Shown here: piece after piece, positions 40,648-53,609 of the stretch | Layout of the letters: the number at the start of each line of letters is the position of its first letter | Position numbering within the stretch: the first letter of the stretch is position 1 | Assembly: GCF_001194135.2 (NCBI RefSeq) | Contig: NC_068985.1 | Coordinates: 44,379,664 to 44,443,262, forward strand | Length of the DNA: 63,599 nt | Direction: 5' to 3' | DNA from: Octopus bimaculoides | Lineage: Eukaryota | The notes under the pieces: generated by a model | Seen by the model: the letters and a program-made list of their open reading frames with translations, nothing else | What the model was told of the DNA's origin: nothing | The model's database searches: none | Translations under genes and position numbers: made by a program

Positions 40648-41050
40648 ATTGTTGTTACTTAGCCCCAAGTCAATCATGGTCCAGTAGACCAATAGTGTAC
40701 TAACTGGAACCATCCAGACATAGTATATCTAGGAATACATTACTGACTGTTCTATTCCTTGTTGTTTAGCCCCAAGCTAGTCATGATCCAGTAGACCTAT
40801 AAGGATATATCAGCTGGCACCATCCAGACACTGTATAGCTAGGAATACACTACTCACTGTGCCATTCCTTGTAGTTGTTTAGCCTCAAGTCAGTCATGAT
40901 TTAGTAGACTTATTATACCAGCTAAGACTATCCAGACACTATATATCTAGGAGTACATTATTGATTGATACATTCCTTGTTGTAGTTAAGCTTCAGGTCA
41001 ATCACGATCCACTTGACCTATAATGGTGCTCCAGCAGGGACCATCCATAC
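40648..41050. repeat. Tandem array, about 107-113 bp unit, about 3.7 copies
   Basis: Unit anchors (agcccc/agcctc/agcttc) at about 40661, 40768, 40881, 40989. Confidence 0.85.
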
Positions 41051-41274
41051 ATTTGCTCAATTAATGTAACACCAGATTTAATTAAGTTGCTGACCTTGGA
41101 ATGGACAGAATACAATGACCAATGGAGCCTAGTCAGAGCAGTGAATAGCATAATTTATAGAACTATGCAACAGGTGATTTGTGATAGTCACTTCCATTTG
41201 CTTTCAGGTGTAAATAGTACTGACCTCACTTTCCAACCTTCCAGTGGTTTATAAAATAAGGATTGACCAAACCC

Positions 41275-41501
41275 TCTTTTACTCTTTTACTTGTTTCAGT
41301 CATTTGACTGCGGCCATGCCGGAGCACCGCATTTAGTTGAGCATATCAACCCCGGGACTTATTCTTTGTAAGCCTAGTACCTATTCTATTGGCCTCTTTT
41401 GCCGAACCGCTAAGTGACGGGAACATAAACACACCAGCATCGGTTGTCAAGCAATGCTAGGGGGACAAACACAGACACAGACACACAGACACAGACAGAC
41501 A

Positions 41502-41567
<66 letters not shown>

Positions 41568-42030
41568 TGAGGAGGGTATTGTTATTTAACCAAACCCAAG
41601 AGGATACAGGTAATACCGAGTAAGTGCTGTATACCGACTAGTTTGCCCCAGTCGTTGTATGAACAGGATTGGGTATTATAAGTCGTGTATTAGCGTGTGT
41701 ATATGTAAATATATAAAAATAAAAATAAAAAGATAAGGGAAGTACTGGATCTTCCCAGAAACAGCTGTAAGACTCTATCCATAAAATACTTCTCCAACCT
41801 TACCATTGCTCTCTTTATCTTTTTATTTTTATTTTTATATATTTACATATATATATATATATATATATATACATACACATGTATACGACGGGCTTCCTTC
41901 AGTTTCCATCTATCAAATCCACTCACAAGGCTTTGGTTGGCCCGAGGCTATAGTAGAAGACACTTGCCCAAGATGCCACGCAGTGGGACTGAACCCGGAA
42001 CCATGTGGTTGGTAAGTAAGCTACTTACCA
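41275..42030 (-). mobile_element. SINE family A interrupted by a nested insert (41562-41850) in its internal microsatellite
   Basis: The distal half (41275-41540) and proximal half (41870-42030) flank foreign sequence. Confidence 0.85.
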
Positions 42031-42279
42031 CATCATCATCATCATCATCGTTTAACGTCTGCTTTCCATGCTAGCATGGAAAGCGGACGTTAAACGACGA
42101 TGATGTATCTTCCCCAATATTTGTAGCCTTCTGCTTAAGTTTTTAAGAAATCAATCCTCTTTAAGAAGGAAAGGGTTAAAAAAAAAGAGAAAGAAACAAA
42201 TGCAATGCTTTCTTGCTGCCTTCTCCAAGCCTATGTAGGAAAATTTCCTCACAACAATGTATGTTAACAATAAGTGCTA

Positions 42280-42545
42280 TGTTCTGGTTTTGCCTTAGTT
42301 TAGCCTGACTTTGGTCTAGCCTAGCCCAGATCTGATTTAGCCTGGCCTGGGTTTGGTCTAATCTGAATTTGCATTGGTCCAGTCTGGCCTGACTTTATTT
42401 TGGTTCAGTCTAGCCTGATTTTGATCCAGTCTGACTTTGGTCTCTAGTCTGATATGAATCTAGTCTGACCTTGGTCCAGTTTATCACCTGACTTTGGTCT
42501 CATCTACTATGGCTTGGATTGGTCTAGTCTGGCCTGAATTTAATC
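42280..42545. repeat. Degenerate short-period tandem repeat (ctgactttggtc(c/t)agt-like)
   Basis: Repeated ctga..ttggtc..agtct motifs. Confidence 0.7.
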
Positions 42546-43061
42546 TTGTCAAAAATTTCAAAAAGAGTAACTTAATCATTTAGCATTTAAACCAGCCATA
42601 TCAAACCAAAATAGTTAATTTGTTTTATGTTCATACCAGCCAGATCTGGCCTCTCACACCTACCCTATAATACCATTCTAAAAATAAACAGTCATATTAA
42701 CAAAATCTAGGAGTTACAAAATAATGCATGTATAAGCATCACATTTGATAGAGTAATCTGAATAGTAAAGGGTAAAAGTAACATTGGGGCACCCAAATTT
42801 AACAATGACATTATAACATTTACTCTACATCATGTGTTGAATATTCTTTACTTTGTGATAATACTTATATTTGCAAACATAATATAACAATATATATCCA
42901 CCCAATAAGCTTCCACATAAAATTTCAGTCTGCCAAATTCCACTACCAAAGCTTTAGTCAACCTGAGGCTATTGTAGAAGACACTTGTCTAAAGGGCTGC
43001 ACAGTTATCTTGAACCAGGAACCCTGGAGTTGTGGAGAGAACTTCTTAACCACACAACCAT

Positions 43062-43285
43062 AGGAGAGTATTGTAGTTCGCTTGAAGCATTGTGTATTGC
43101 TTGTAAAGAATAAAAAGTTTTGAATGGTACAACAATGCACTATAATACAAAAAATGGACTATATTCCTTAAGGAATTGTATTCCGAAATATCATCGGACT
43201 ATAGATAACTAAATTACAACAGGTATATAGTCCATTTTTTGTATTATAGTGCATTGTTGTACCATTCAAAACTTTTTATTCTTTA
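43062..43285. mobile_element. 224-bp insertion carrying a 63-bp perfect inverted repeat, with 11-bp TSD
   Basis: cacacaaccat at 43051-43061 and 43286-43296; arms at 43102-43164 and 43225-43287. Confidence 0.8.
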
Positions 43286-43732
43286 CACACAACCATGCTT
43301 ATATGCTTGAATGTAAAAAGAAATATATATATATTCTTTATTTGTTATCCTCAAAGATTCTTAGTAGGTAAGTGAACTAGGAAGTTAATGATTGGTTATT
43401 GGAAATAATTCTGAGACTATTAATTATGAGAGAAGGTTCTATTAGGCTTTGTAGATTGGGATTAATTTATTGGTTGATCCAACAGACTGGCTTTAATCCT
43501 GATTTGGTAATCACCATGGAACGCTTGTGAATTGAGGGGTAAATATCTCGGTGGAACTACTCATTTGAATCTATTATTTAGTAATGAGAGAGGTTTCTAG
43601 CAGACTGCCCAATTAGGTGGTACATTATCTGTTGAGGAACAAACTGTGATTGGAGAGGGTGGGGGGAGAAAGAGAGACAGAAAGAGGGAGAAAGAAAGAG
43701 AGCGAGTGGGCTAGTGCTCTTGGGAGATGTAT

Positions 43733-43768
<36 letters not shown>

Positions 43769-43950
43769 CTAGTGCTCCTGGGAGATGCATAGGGTGAATG
43801 AGAGAAAGAAAGACATTAAAAACTGGACAGACAGTAGATGGATGATAGATAGATGGTGAAATATAGAACCAGATAAAGACAGTTAATCATGTATTGGTTG
43901 AGATAGATACAGAACTATAGTTAGATAAAGTAATTACATGTGAACGTGTG

Positions 43951-43991
<41 letters not shown>

Positions 43992-44430
43992 ACACATACA
44001 TATACAATGTATATATGTCTGCCTGTTTCTCACTCTCATACATGGATATGATATGTTGGAGAAAGGCGAAAATGATATTGCACATGAATTCACAAGAACG
44101 GTAAATTATTGGGTAATTATTTTAAGGGAATCAACTCACATGTTTATTTGTACATAAAGGATTACTGCACACATGAAAGAATATCCAACAGTAGACATGG
44201 ATGAATAAAAATATACAAAGATCTGTGCAATTTTCTCTTGTTTGTTAAGACAAACAGGCAGAAAGAAAGAAAGAAATAGTCAGCTAGCTAGAAAGATAGC
44301 TAGCTAGATAAACAGATAGCTAGTTAGCTAGATAGCTAGACAGACAGATAGACAGACAGACAGACAGACAGCTAGCTAGCTAGACAGACAGACAGACAGA
44401 TAGATAGATAGACAGATAGATAGACAGATA

Positions 44431-45587
44431 TCTTTTTATTATAGCCACACAGGGCTAAATACAGAAAATGGACAAATTACAAAGTAGAGCTTTTCTTGGG
44501 GGGGGTGGATAATTTCGATCAAAAGGGATCGCGGGAAGANNNNNNNNNNNNNNNNNNNNNNNNNNNNNNNNNNNNNNNNNNNNNNNNNNNNNNNNNNNNN
44601 NNNNNNNNNNNNNNNNNNNNNNNNNNNNNNNNNNNNNNNNNNNNNNNNNNNNNNNNNNNNNNNNNNNNNNNNNNNNNNNNNNNNNNNNNNNNNNNNNNNN
44701 NNNNNNNNNNNNNNNNNNNNNNNNNNNNNNNNNNNNNNNNNNNNNNNNNNNNNNNNNNNNNNNNNNNNNNNNNNNNNNNNNNNNNNNNNNNNNNNNNNNN
44801 NNNNNNNNNNNNNNNNNNNNNNNNNNNNNNNNNNNNNNNNNNNNNNNNNNNNNNNNNNNNNNNNNNNNNNNNNNNNNNNNNNNNNNNNNNNNNNNNNNNN
44901 NNNNNNNNNNNNNNNNNNNNNNNNNNNNNNNNNNNNNNNNNNNNNNNNNNNNNNNNNNNNNNNNNNNNNNNNNNNNNNNNNNNNNNNNNNNNNNNNNNNN
45001 NNNNNNNNNNNNNNNNNNNNNNNNNNNNNNNNNNNNNNNNNNNNNNNNNNNNNNNNNNNNNNNNNNNNNNNNNNNNNNNNNNNNNNNNNNNNNNNNNNNN
45101 NNNNNNNNNNNNNNNNNNNNNNNNNNNNNNNNNNNNNNNNNNNNNNNNNNNNNNNNNNNNNNNNNNNNNNNNNNNNNNNNNNNNNNNNNNNNNNNNNNNN
45201 NNNNNNNNNNNNNNNNNNNNNNNNNNNNNNNNNNNNNNNNNNNNNNNNNNNNNNNNNNNNNNNNNNNNNNNNNNNNNNNNNNNNNNNNNNNNNNNNNNNN
45301 NNNNNNNNNNNNNNNNNNNNNNNNNNNNNNNNNNNNNNNNNNNNNNNNNNNNNNNNNNNNNNNNNNNNNNNNNNNNNNNNNNNNNNNNNNNNNNNNNNNN
45401 NNNNNNNNNNNNNTGCACAAGTTTGATCCCGGATGGCAGAGCTGTTGTAGAGCTTGGCGACACTCGCGGTGCCAATCGCCCAGTTTCGGTCTCTTCCTGA
45501 TCCATGTTTGCAGTTCGGTGAGTGAGACGAGCTGTGGGAAGGCGTGCCTCACAAACGGCGCCCACACCTGTTCACCGTCGTCAATGA
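44431..45587 (-). mobile_element. Young 5'-truncated non-LTR retrotransposon (tentatively L1/Tx1-like) inside a (GATA)n tract; middle is a gap
   Basis: GC/CpG-rich open frame DDGEQVWAPFVRHAFPQLVSLTELQTWIRKRPKLGDWHRECRQAL; 3' end AATAAAAAG abuts the repeat; (GATA/GACA)n on both sides. Confidence 0.6.
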
Positions 45588-45590
45588 GAC

Positions 45591-45641
<51 letters not shown>

Positions 45642-47320
45642 CAGACAGATAGACAGATAGACAGACAGACAGACAGATAACTTTCTTTATTAGCCACATA
45701 GGGCTGAACAGAGGGGACAAATACAAATCAATAGAAACAACTATCTTACCAGTTACATGATGTCTCTACCTAGCTAAGGACCAACGAGCACACTCCAATG
45801 CACTGTATATGGTGACAAGTAGAAAGCAAGAAAGGTGGATTTGAATAGAGTATAACAGTTGCTGTTCCTCAACATTTGTAATGGTGTGTGAACCTGCAGT
45901 GCTGAGCTCAAATCCTTTATGGCTAAAATCTTGTAGTTTAGTAAGGAGCATTGGTGTATATACAAAGAATGATTAAATCCAACACATTATGTAGAAGGAA
46001 TGCTGGAAAATATTCTAGTTTCACTCACACACATGCACTATGTGTGTGTGTATGAACATGTATGCATATATGTGTATTTAAGGTGTGTAGCTTAGTGGTT
46101 AGGATATTCAATTTATGGTTGTAAGACTGTGGGTTCAATTTCTGGCAGTGCATTGTGTCCTTGAGCAAGACACTTTGTTTTATGTTGTTCCAGTTCACTC
46201 AGCTGGCAAAAATGAATTGTACCTGTAATTCAAAAGGGCCAGCTTTGTCACATTGTGTCACATTGAATCTTCCTGAGAACTATGTTAAGGGTACGTGTGT
46301 CTGTGGAGTGCTCAGCCACTTGCATGTTAATTTCATGAGCAGACTGTTCCGTTGATTGGATCAACTGGAACCCTCATCATTATAACTATCAGTGTCAGTA
46401 TTCACATGTGTGTGTATGTGTGTGTGTGTGCATGAAAACATCAGATTATCACATGAAAACAGAAAGAGTACTTGAATTGTGAGAAGGGGAAAATGAAAGT
46501 TAAGTATTATATCTAAGATGATACAGCTAGATAAACTGGATAAATATTTAGAGTAATGAGAACTGGGTATGTATGTGATCAGATAAAACAGGGAAGAATT
46601 TTGATAACATGAGACTGAGAAAGTCAAACATAACAACCCAAAGATAGCAGATTATATACAATAAAGACATAACAGAAACAGATAAAGCAATTAAACAGAC
46701 TTTCTAATAATCCTTAATTGAATGAGAAGAGGATTGTATCCATAGACTTTAAAGTGGTGAGATAATTAAGAAAGGAATAGATTCATGGCAAGCTAATGCA
46801 AAATTGTGCAAAGGAAATATAATCCAAAAGATTAATCCATTAGCAGATGAGTTGCTACCAAAATGTCTTGTGACATTTCGTTACAGCAACTTTCCCTTTG
46901 AGCTCAAATCCTGAGTTCAAACACATTGCACAATGTAAACTTGAATGAAGAGTTGATCAACGTTGAAATACCTTTCATCATAAGTCAAGATAAAATCTAA
47001 CATGGGGCTCAACAATAACAACAACAACAACCCACTCCTTGAAGTCAGTAGAACTGATCACCCATTACAGGTCAATCAAATGTGTTTAGAATCAATATGT
47101 TTTTAAATAATTTATTCTGACCTATATGCGGTGCCAGATGATCAATGATACCTCATTTGAGGCCTTGTTCCAATGTTGTTCTCACGATGATCAATAATTA
47201 TTAGTATTAATTAAGATAACGAGGACTTATATGATAATTTCAGGTCTCATGAAATAGTTTTGTACTTAACTGACATCACATCAATACTGTTGGTACACCT
47301 GGCTCTGTGTGTGTGTGTGT

Positions 47321-47359
<39 letters not shown>

Positions 47360-49699
47360 CTGGTATGAGTTGGATGGTTCAACATGGAGCTGCTTAGCAG
47401 GGAACAGCTTGAGTCTGCACAGCACCCTGCTAGCCAGCTCTATGTCAAACTGTCCAATCAATGCCAGCATTGAAAACGGACATTAAATGATTATGCTGCT
47501 GCTGATATATATATATGTATGTAAATATATATATATATGACTAGTTGTCTAAAAATCCATAACTCAGAAAAACTGGCACCCATATGTCAGTTAATGGAGT
47601 AGTTACTATCATTATTATTATAATTAGGTGGCGAGCTGACAGATTTGTTACCACACTGGGCAATATGCTTAGCAGTAATTCATCTGCCACTATGTTCTGA
47701 GTTCAAGTTCTGCCAAGGTCGACTTTGCCTTTCATCCTTTTGATAAACTAAGTACTAGTTAAGTCCTGGGGTTGATGCAATTGACTTAGCCCCTCCTTCG
47801 AAATTGCCTTGTGCCAAACTTTGAAACCATTATCATTTTTGTTTAAGCAACCTACTCATTGAATTAGTGTACAAGTAGCAGAGTGTTCCACAGACATATG
47901 TACTTATAATGTAATCCTAAACCATAATCAGTGTTACACAATGAGTGACAAAGTGACATTTAAATATCAAGGTAGAAGCTCAATAAGATGAATTGTACAA
48001 GGTTCTGTCCATCTAATTTCATTCAAATAGCTTGGGTTTACCTGAGGCTATGGTAAAATAACTCTTATGGGATTGAACCCAAGACCTCATGATTACAAAT
48101 CAAGCTTCTTCACTACTCAGCCATATCTGAGCCCATTGTTACTTTTTATAGCTTTAATACAGACACAATAGAATATAACTGAGATCGATAATTCAATACA
48201 CGCAGCAATGAAGAAACAACAAAGCGAGGATTTTTCACATGAGTGATTTGGAATTTCAGAAACCAATTTAAAATTATTAACACTACAACAACAGTATGGT
48301 TTTCATTTATCTGTCATTAGTTGATAGACAACTACTGCATGTTAGTAGTTGTGTGTGTTAACTGACTATGTAATTAACAAAACAATTTCAGTTAATTAAA
48401 ATCACCTTTGCAGTCAGGAGTGTGTGCAGCCAGCAGAACAGAATATTGTTTGTATACTCCTTGAGATAACTATTTGGTTGTTGGTAAGACAGCATAATAG
48501 TTTATACAATATTTTATGAAATATAAATAGCAGTTGTCCCAGGAGGCCAGTTTTGGTCAAAGCAGACTTAATGCATACATATATAATTTATAATGGATAT
48601 TCACACATAAAATGGTGTTAGCTGTAAGATTTCATCTGAGAGAGAGATATAAAAATCGTTATTTTAACCTAGTGCTGTTTGGAATATATATATCAATGTA
48701 ACTTAAACCTTGTCCTTGGTTCAAATATGCAAATGTTTTTGTTTGCTGTTTTCTATGAAGAGATAAATTCTGATTGAGAATGACTGGAGGTGTCTAACAC
48801 TGACTGGCACTCTGCCGGTTACAATGATGAGGGTTCCAGTTGATCTGATCAATGGAAGAAACTGCTGGTAAAAATAACATTCAAGTGGCTGAGAACTCCA
48901 CCCTTAACATAGTTCTCAGGGAAATTCAGAATGACACAGAATGTGACAAGGCTGGCCTTTTAAAATACAGGCACTACTCTTTTTTGCTAGCTGAGTGAAC
49001 TGGAACAAAGTGAAATAAAATGTCTTGCTGAAGGACACAACATGCTGCCAGGAATCAAATTCATGGCCTTTACAATCACGAGCCAAATACCCTATCCACA
49101 CTAAGAAGGCAAAATTAATCCAAAACACCAGTGTTTGATGGTCTACTGATGTCTTTCTGAGTGAACAGTGTTTTTAACACACAAAGTCTCTTCAGAGAAG
49201 TTTCCTTGAGACAAAAATTTTACATCATTATTTTAATATAAAGCACTTTCAAAAGTATACACGTATGTTTTTACACACACCAGTAACAAGCATACTATAT
49301 ATACATATATATCATCATATCATCAACATATTATAATATTTGCAGGGGTCAGATAGAATCCATTGAGGTAGATTTTCTATGTATGTATGCCCATTCTGTT
49401 GCCAATCTTCACCTGTTTCCAAGAAAGGTAATATTTCCCCATGACCAGACAGGTTTTCATGGAAGATTGGAAATGATTGACACAGATTGTGTGATGCTCA
49501 TTTACAACTCTCATGCAATGTCAACATAAAGTGATACAAACACACACACACACACACACACACACATTTATATACACGATAGGCTTCATTCAGTTTCTGT
49601 TTATCAACTCTACTCAGAAGATTGAACATGAGGTTGAGAAACAAACTTCTTAACCAAACAATCTTGCTTATGTCTAACCATGCACAATGTATATATATA

Positions 49700-49862
49700 G
49701 GCGCAGGAGTGGCTGTGTGGTAAGTAGCTTGCTTACCAACCACATGGTTTTGGATTCAGTCCCACTGTGTGGCACCTTGGACAAGTGTTTTCTACTATAG
49801 CCTCGGGCCGACCAAAGCCTTGTGAGTGGATTTGGTAGACAGAAACTGAAAGAAGCCCATTG

Positions 49863-49946
<84 letters not shown>

Positions 49947-50155
49947 CTTGTGTGTCTGTGTTTGTGCCCCCAACATCGCTTGACAACCGATGCTGGTGTG
50001 TTTACGTCCCCTTAACTTAGCGGTTCGGCAAAAGGGACGATAGAATAAGTACTAGGCTTTCAAAGAATAAGTCCTGGGGTCGATTTGCTCGATTAAAGGC
50101 GGTGCTCTAGCATGGCCACGGTCAAATGACTGAAACAAGTAAAAGAGTAAAAGAA
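49700..50155 (+). mobile_element. SINE family A, full length
   Basis: ggcgcaggagtggctgtgtggtaag head through aaaagagtaaaagaa tail. Confidence 0.9.
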
Positions 50156-50252
50156 TAGTACAATGGTCACTGATTCCAGCCAGTGGGCTATGGCTATAAT
50201 GGGGCACTGCATTTCAAAACAACAACAGGTCCATTGTAAAAATCCAAATATA

Positions 50253-51148
50253 TGAGGTCTGATCAATAAATAATTGGACTGTTGCCATAGTAACGAAGCT
50301 AAAGCATGCAAAGTGAAGCTGCTTGGCACAGATTGACCTTGGGCTCCGTTGTGCATACGCACTAAGTTTTAACATTCTAGTTCACTTCCCTTGTTTACAG
50401 TAGCACTTGGAAGGAACATGTGTAGCATGTAATCGTGACATTGACCATGACAGACAAAACTGTCATGGCAATACTTGCTCAGAGGCCTATGCAAAGTTGC
50501 AGAAAGTGTAAGGAGAGGAGTGTATGAGTCACACATAAATGTACGAGTGGTTCAGACGTTTCCAAGATGGCTGAAAAAATGTTGATAGTGATGAGCGTAC
50601 TGGGAGACCTGCAACCAGCAGAACTGAGAAAAAAAAAACATTGCAGATGAGTATGCAGCTGTGAGGAGAAATCGTCGAATCACCATGCATGAGTTATCAG
50701 AGGATGTGCAAATTAGTTATGGTTCAGTTCAGTTCAGTTCATTATCCCTGAAGATTTGGGTAGGAGATGCATGTCTGTCAAGTTTGTGCCAAGACTGCTT
50801 TTAGCTGACCAAAAAAGACACTCAGGTTTCAGTTGCACAAGATCTCCTTGATTGTGTTGAGAATGATGAAAACTTTTTGAAAACTTTGCATAAGTCTCTG
50901 AACAGGTATCACCAAGCTTTTGGCAAAATTTGATGCAGATTCTCTACTCAACTTTCTCGGTCATAGTCAATGCGATGATCACATGCTACACATGTTCCTT
51001 CCAAGCACTGCTGTAAACAGAAGTGAGCTAGAAAACTTAGTGTGCATGCACAGCAGAGTTCAAGGGTCAATCTGTACCAAGTGGCTTCACCGCATGCTTT
51101 AGCTTTGTTACTATGGCAACAGCCTGGATACTTATTGATCAGATAATG
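50253..51148 (+). mobile_element. Non-autonomous mariner derivative with transposase N-terminal remnant
   Basis: TA at both ends; TIR tgaggtctgatcaataa; remnants YEWFRRFQDG, DERTGRP, RRITMHELS and KFVPRLL. Confidence 0.9.
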
Positions 51149-51399
51149 TATTTATATATCAATAAAAATATGTACGTATATATGTGTGCAAATTAAAATG
51201 TACAAATAATTATATATGTATGTGAGTGTATGTGTAAGTACGTGTGTGTGTGTATATATATATATACACACACACACCTTTTTATTGCTAATTAGAAAGG
51301 TCTTTTTTTCTCTATCATATTTTGCTTATATGTCAGGTGGATATAAATATAGGTATATAACTATAAATGTATACATATTCATAGGTGTCTTCACTCACA

Positions 51400-51453
<54 letters not shown>

Positions 51454-52033
51454 GGTGTTTGTGTGAACATGTGCATACAAACATATAAGTATATTCACAT
51501 ATATGCATACATGTGTATATATGTGAAATGCCATCACCATTAAAAAATACACACACATCACATGTGCCTGAATGGCCATGCCATTTCTCTTGCACATATC
51601 ACAGTTGGTAAGGAAATTGGAATTAGGTTCCCATTTGCCTCCATTACCCACACCTGACATATAAACAAAATAGAAAAAAAATACCTTTCTAATTAACAAT
51701 AAAAAAGATATGTGTGCGTGGTTGATTGTATATATAAAAATGAATATAAAATGATGGTGAGTATGAATGCATGCATGCGTGTGTATACATGCATGCACAC
51801 ACAAATTCGTTTATGCATACATACACATGTATACACACACACATATATATATATATAAACTCACACACATGTATAAATGCAATATATGTATCAATACATG
51901 TATATATATANNNNNNNNNNNNNNNNNNNNNNNNNNNNNNNNNNNNNNNNNNNNNNNNNNNNNNNNNNNNNNNNNNNNNNNNNNNNNNNNNNNNNNNNNN
52001 NNNNNNNNNNNNNNNNNNNNNNNNNNNNNNNNN

Positions 52034-52076
<43 letters not shown>

Positions 52077-52939
52077 TATACACACATATATATATACTTA
52101 CAATAATACAGATTTCATATATAGGTATATCTATCTACATATATATATATATATATATATATAAAGTATGTATGTGTGTATGTGTCTATATATGTATGGG
52201 TGTGTATGTATATATGTGTGTGTGTGTGTGTGTGTGCATTTCTGTGTGTGTATAAATATACATTAAATGTATACATACATCCAAATACACACACACACAC
52301 TCATTCATACAAGAGGAGATTAGTAAATCCTTTCTCGTCATGAGCAGAATGAGTCATTTCAACACAGACCAGATATATGACTTTTTTTTATTTATTTCTT
52401 CTTTCTTTCTGAACAAAACAGTGGAATCAATAATCTATTGATTAGATGTAGTTCAATACTCTATGTAGAAATCAATGTAGATATAATAACTGGCTAGTTT
52501 GGTACAAGAACTTTACCTAATCATTGAACTGATGTGAAAGAAAGAAAGAAAGAGCAGGAGAAAAGGACAAGAGCAAACAACATCAGCAACAATACTGTAT
52601 GTGTATGCACATGTGTGTATATATATATATATGCACACACACACACATCCATATACACTTTATGTATAAGGTGCATGTGTATGAGTAGACAGATGTAGAT
52701 GAGTTCAACAAAAGGTGAGACCAAAAAAAGATGTTTTGTTTCATTGGAGAACGCATTCTAAGTGCCTTTGCTATGGCTCCTTGACTAGGTAACCCTGGAA
52801 TGTATTCTGCATACACACACAATACATACACATCTTTCTACACATATAAATACACTTTATACAATTTGTTGGTGTGTATGTGTGTATATATTGCCATGTT
52901 GGGCTGCTGAACTCTACACAGTTTTTCTCTTGTTGTTTT

Positions 52940-53100
52940 TTCTTTCTCTCTCCATTTTTTCCTCTTATTCCTTTCTGTCAAAGAGCATAGGCTCAAAATA
53001 TAAAAGACTTTTCCATTTTTCCCAAGCATTAAACTAATACACCTGCTTGTTGTTCCAACACTTGTCCTCGTCTTTTGTTTTTCTGTAAATTTCAACTATA
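52940..53100 (+). mobile_element. Possible Penelope-like 3' fragment; related piece at 22300-22440 (-)
   Basis: ttctg..aagag..taggctcaaaa motif shared by both loci and resembles PLE terminal-repeat motifs. Confidence 0.4.
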
Positions 53101-53126
53101 CAAACACACACACACACACACACATA

Positions 53127-53609
53127 CTCTTTTATTTGTTTGTCATTTGACTACGGCCATACTGGAGCACTACCTTTAGTCGAGCAAATTGACCCCAGGA
53201 CTTATTCATTGTAGGCCTAGTACTTATTCTATCGGTTTCTTTTTGCTGAACCGCTAAGTTACGGGGACGTAAACACACCAGCATCAGTTGTAAGCGATGG
53301 TGGAGGGACAAACACAGACACACAAACACACACATACACACGCGCGCACTCTCTNNNNNNNNNNNNNNNNNNNNNNNNNNNNNNNNNNNNNNNNNNNNNN
53401 NNNNNNNNNNNNNNNNNNNNNNNNNNNNNNNNNNNTATATATATATATATATATATGCATATGTACGACGGGCTTCTTTCAGTTTCCGTCTACCAAATCG
53501 GCCCGAGGCTATAGTAGAAGACACTTGCCCAAGGTGCCGTGCAGTGGGACTGAACCTGGAACCATGTGGTTGGTAAGCAAGCTACTTACCACACAGCCAC
53601 ACCTGCGCC
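53127..53609 (-). mobile_element. SINE family A, full length, gap in internal microsatellite
   Basis: Reverse complement of the family A consensus. Confidence 0.88.

Noticed and set aside
48601-48635. Minus-strand acceptor followed by DEILQLTPFYV*, a possible SelJ-like last exon
   Set aside because: The similarity is only about 5 residues, and the intervening exons are not visible.
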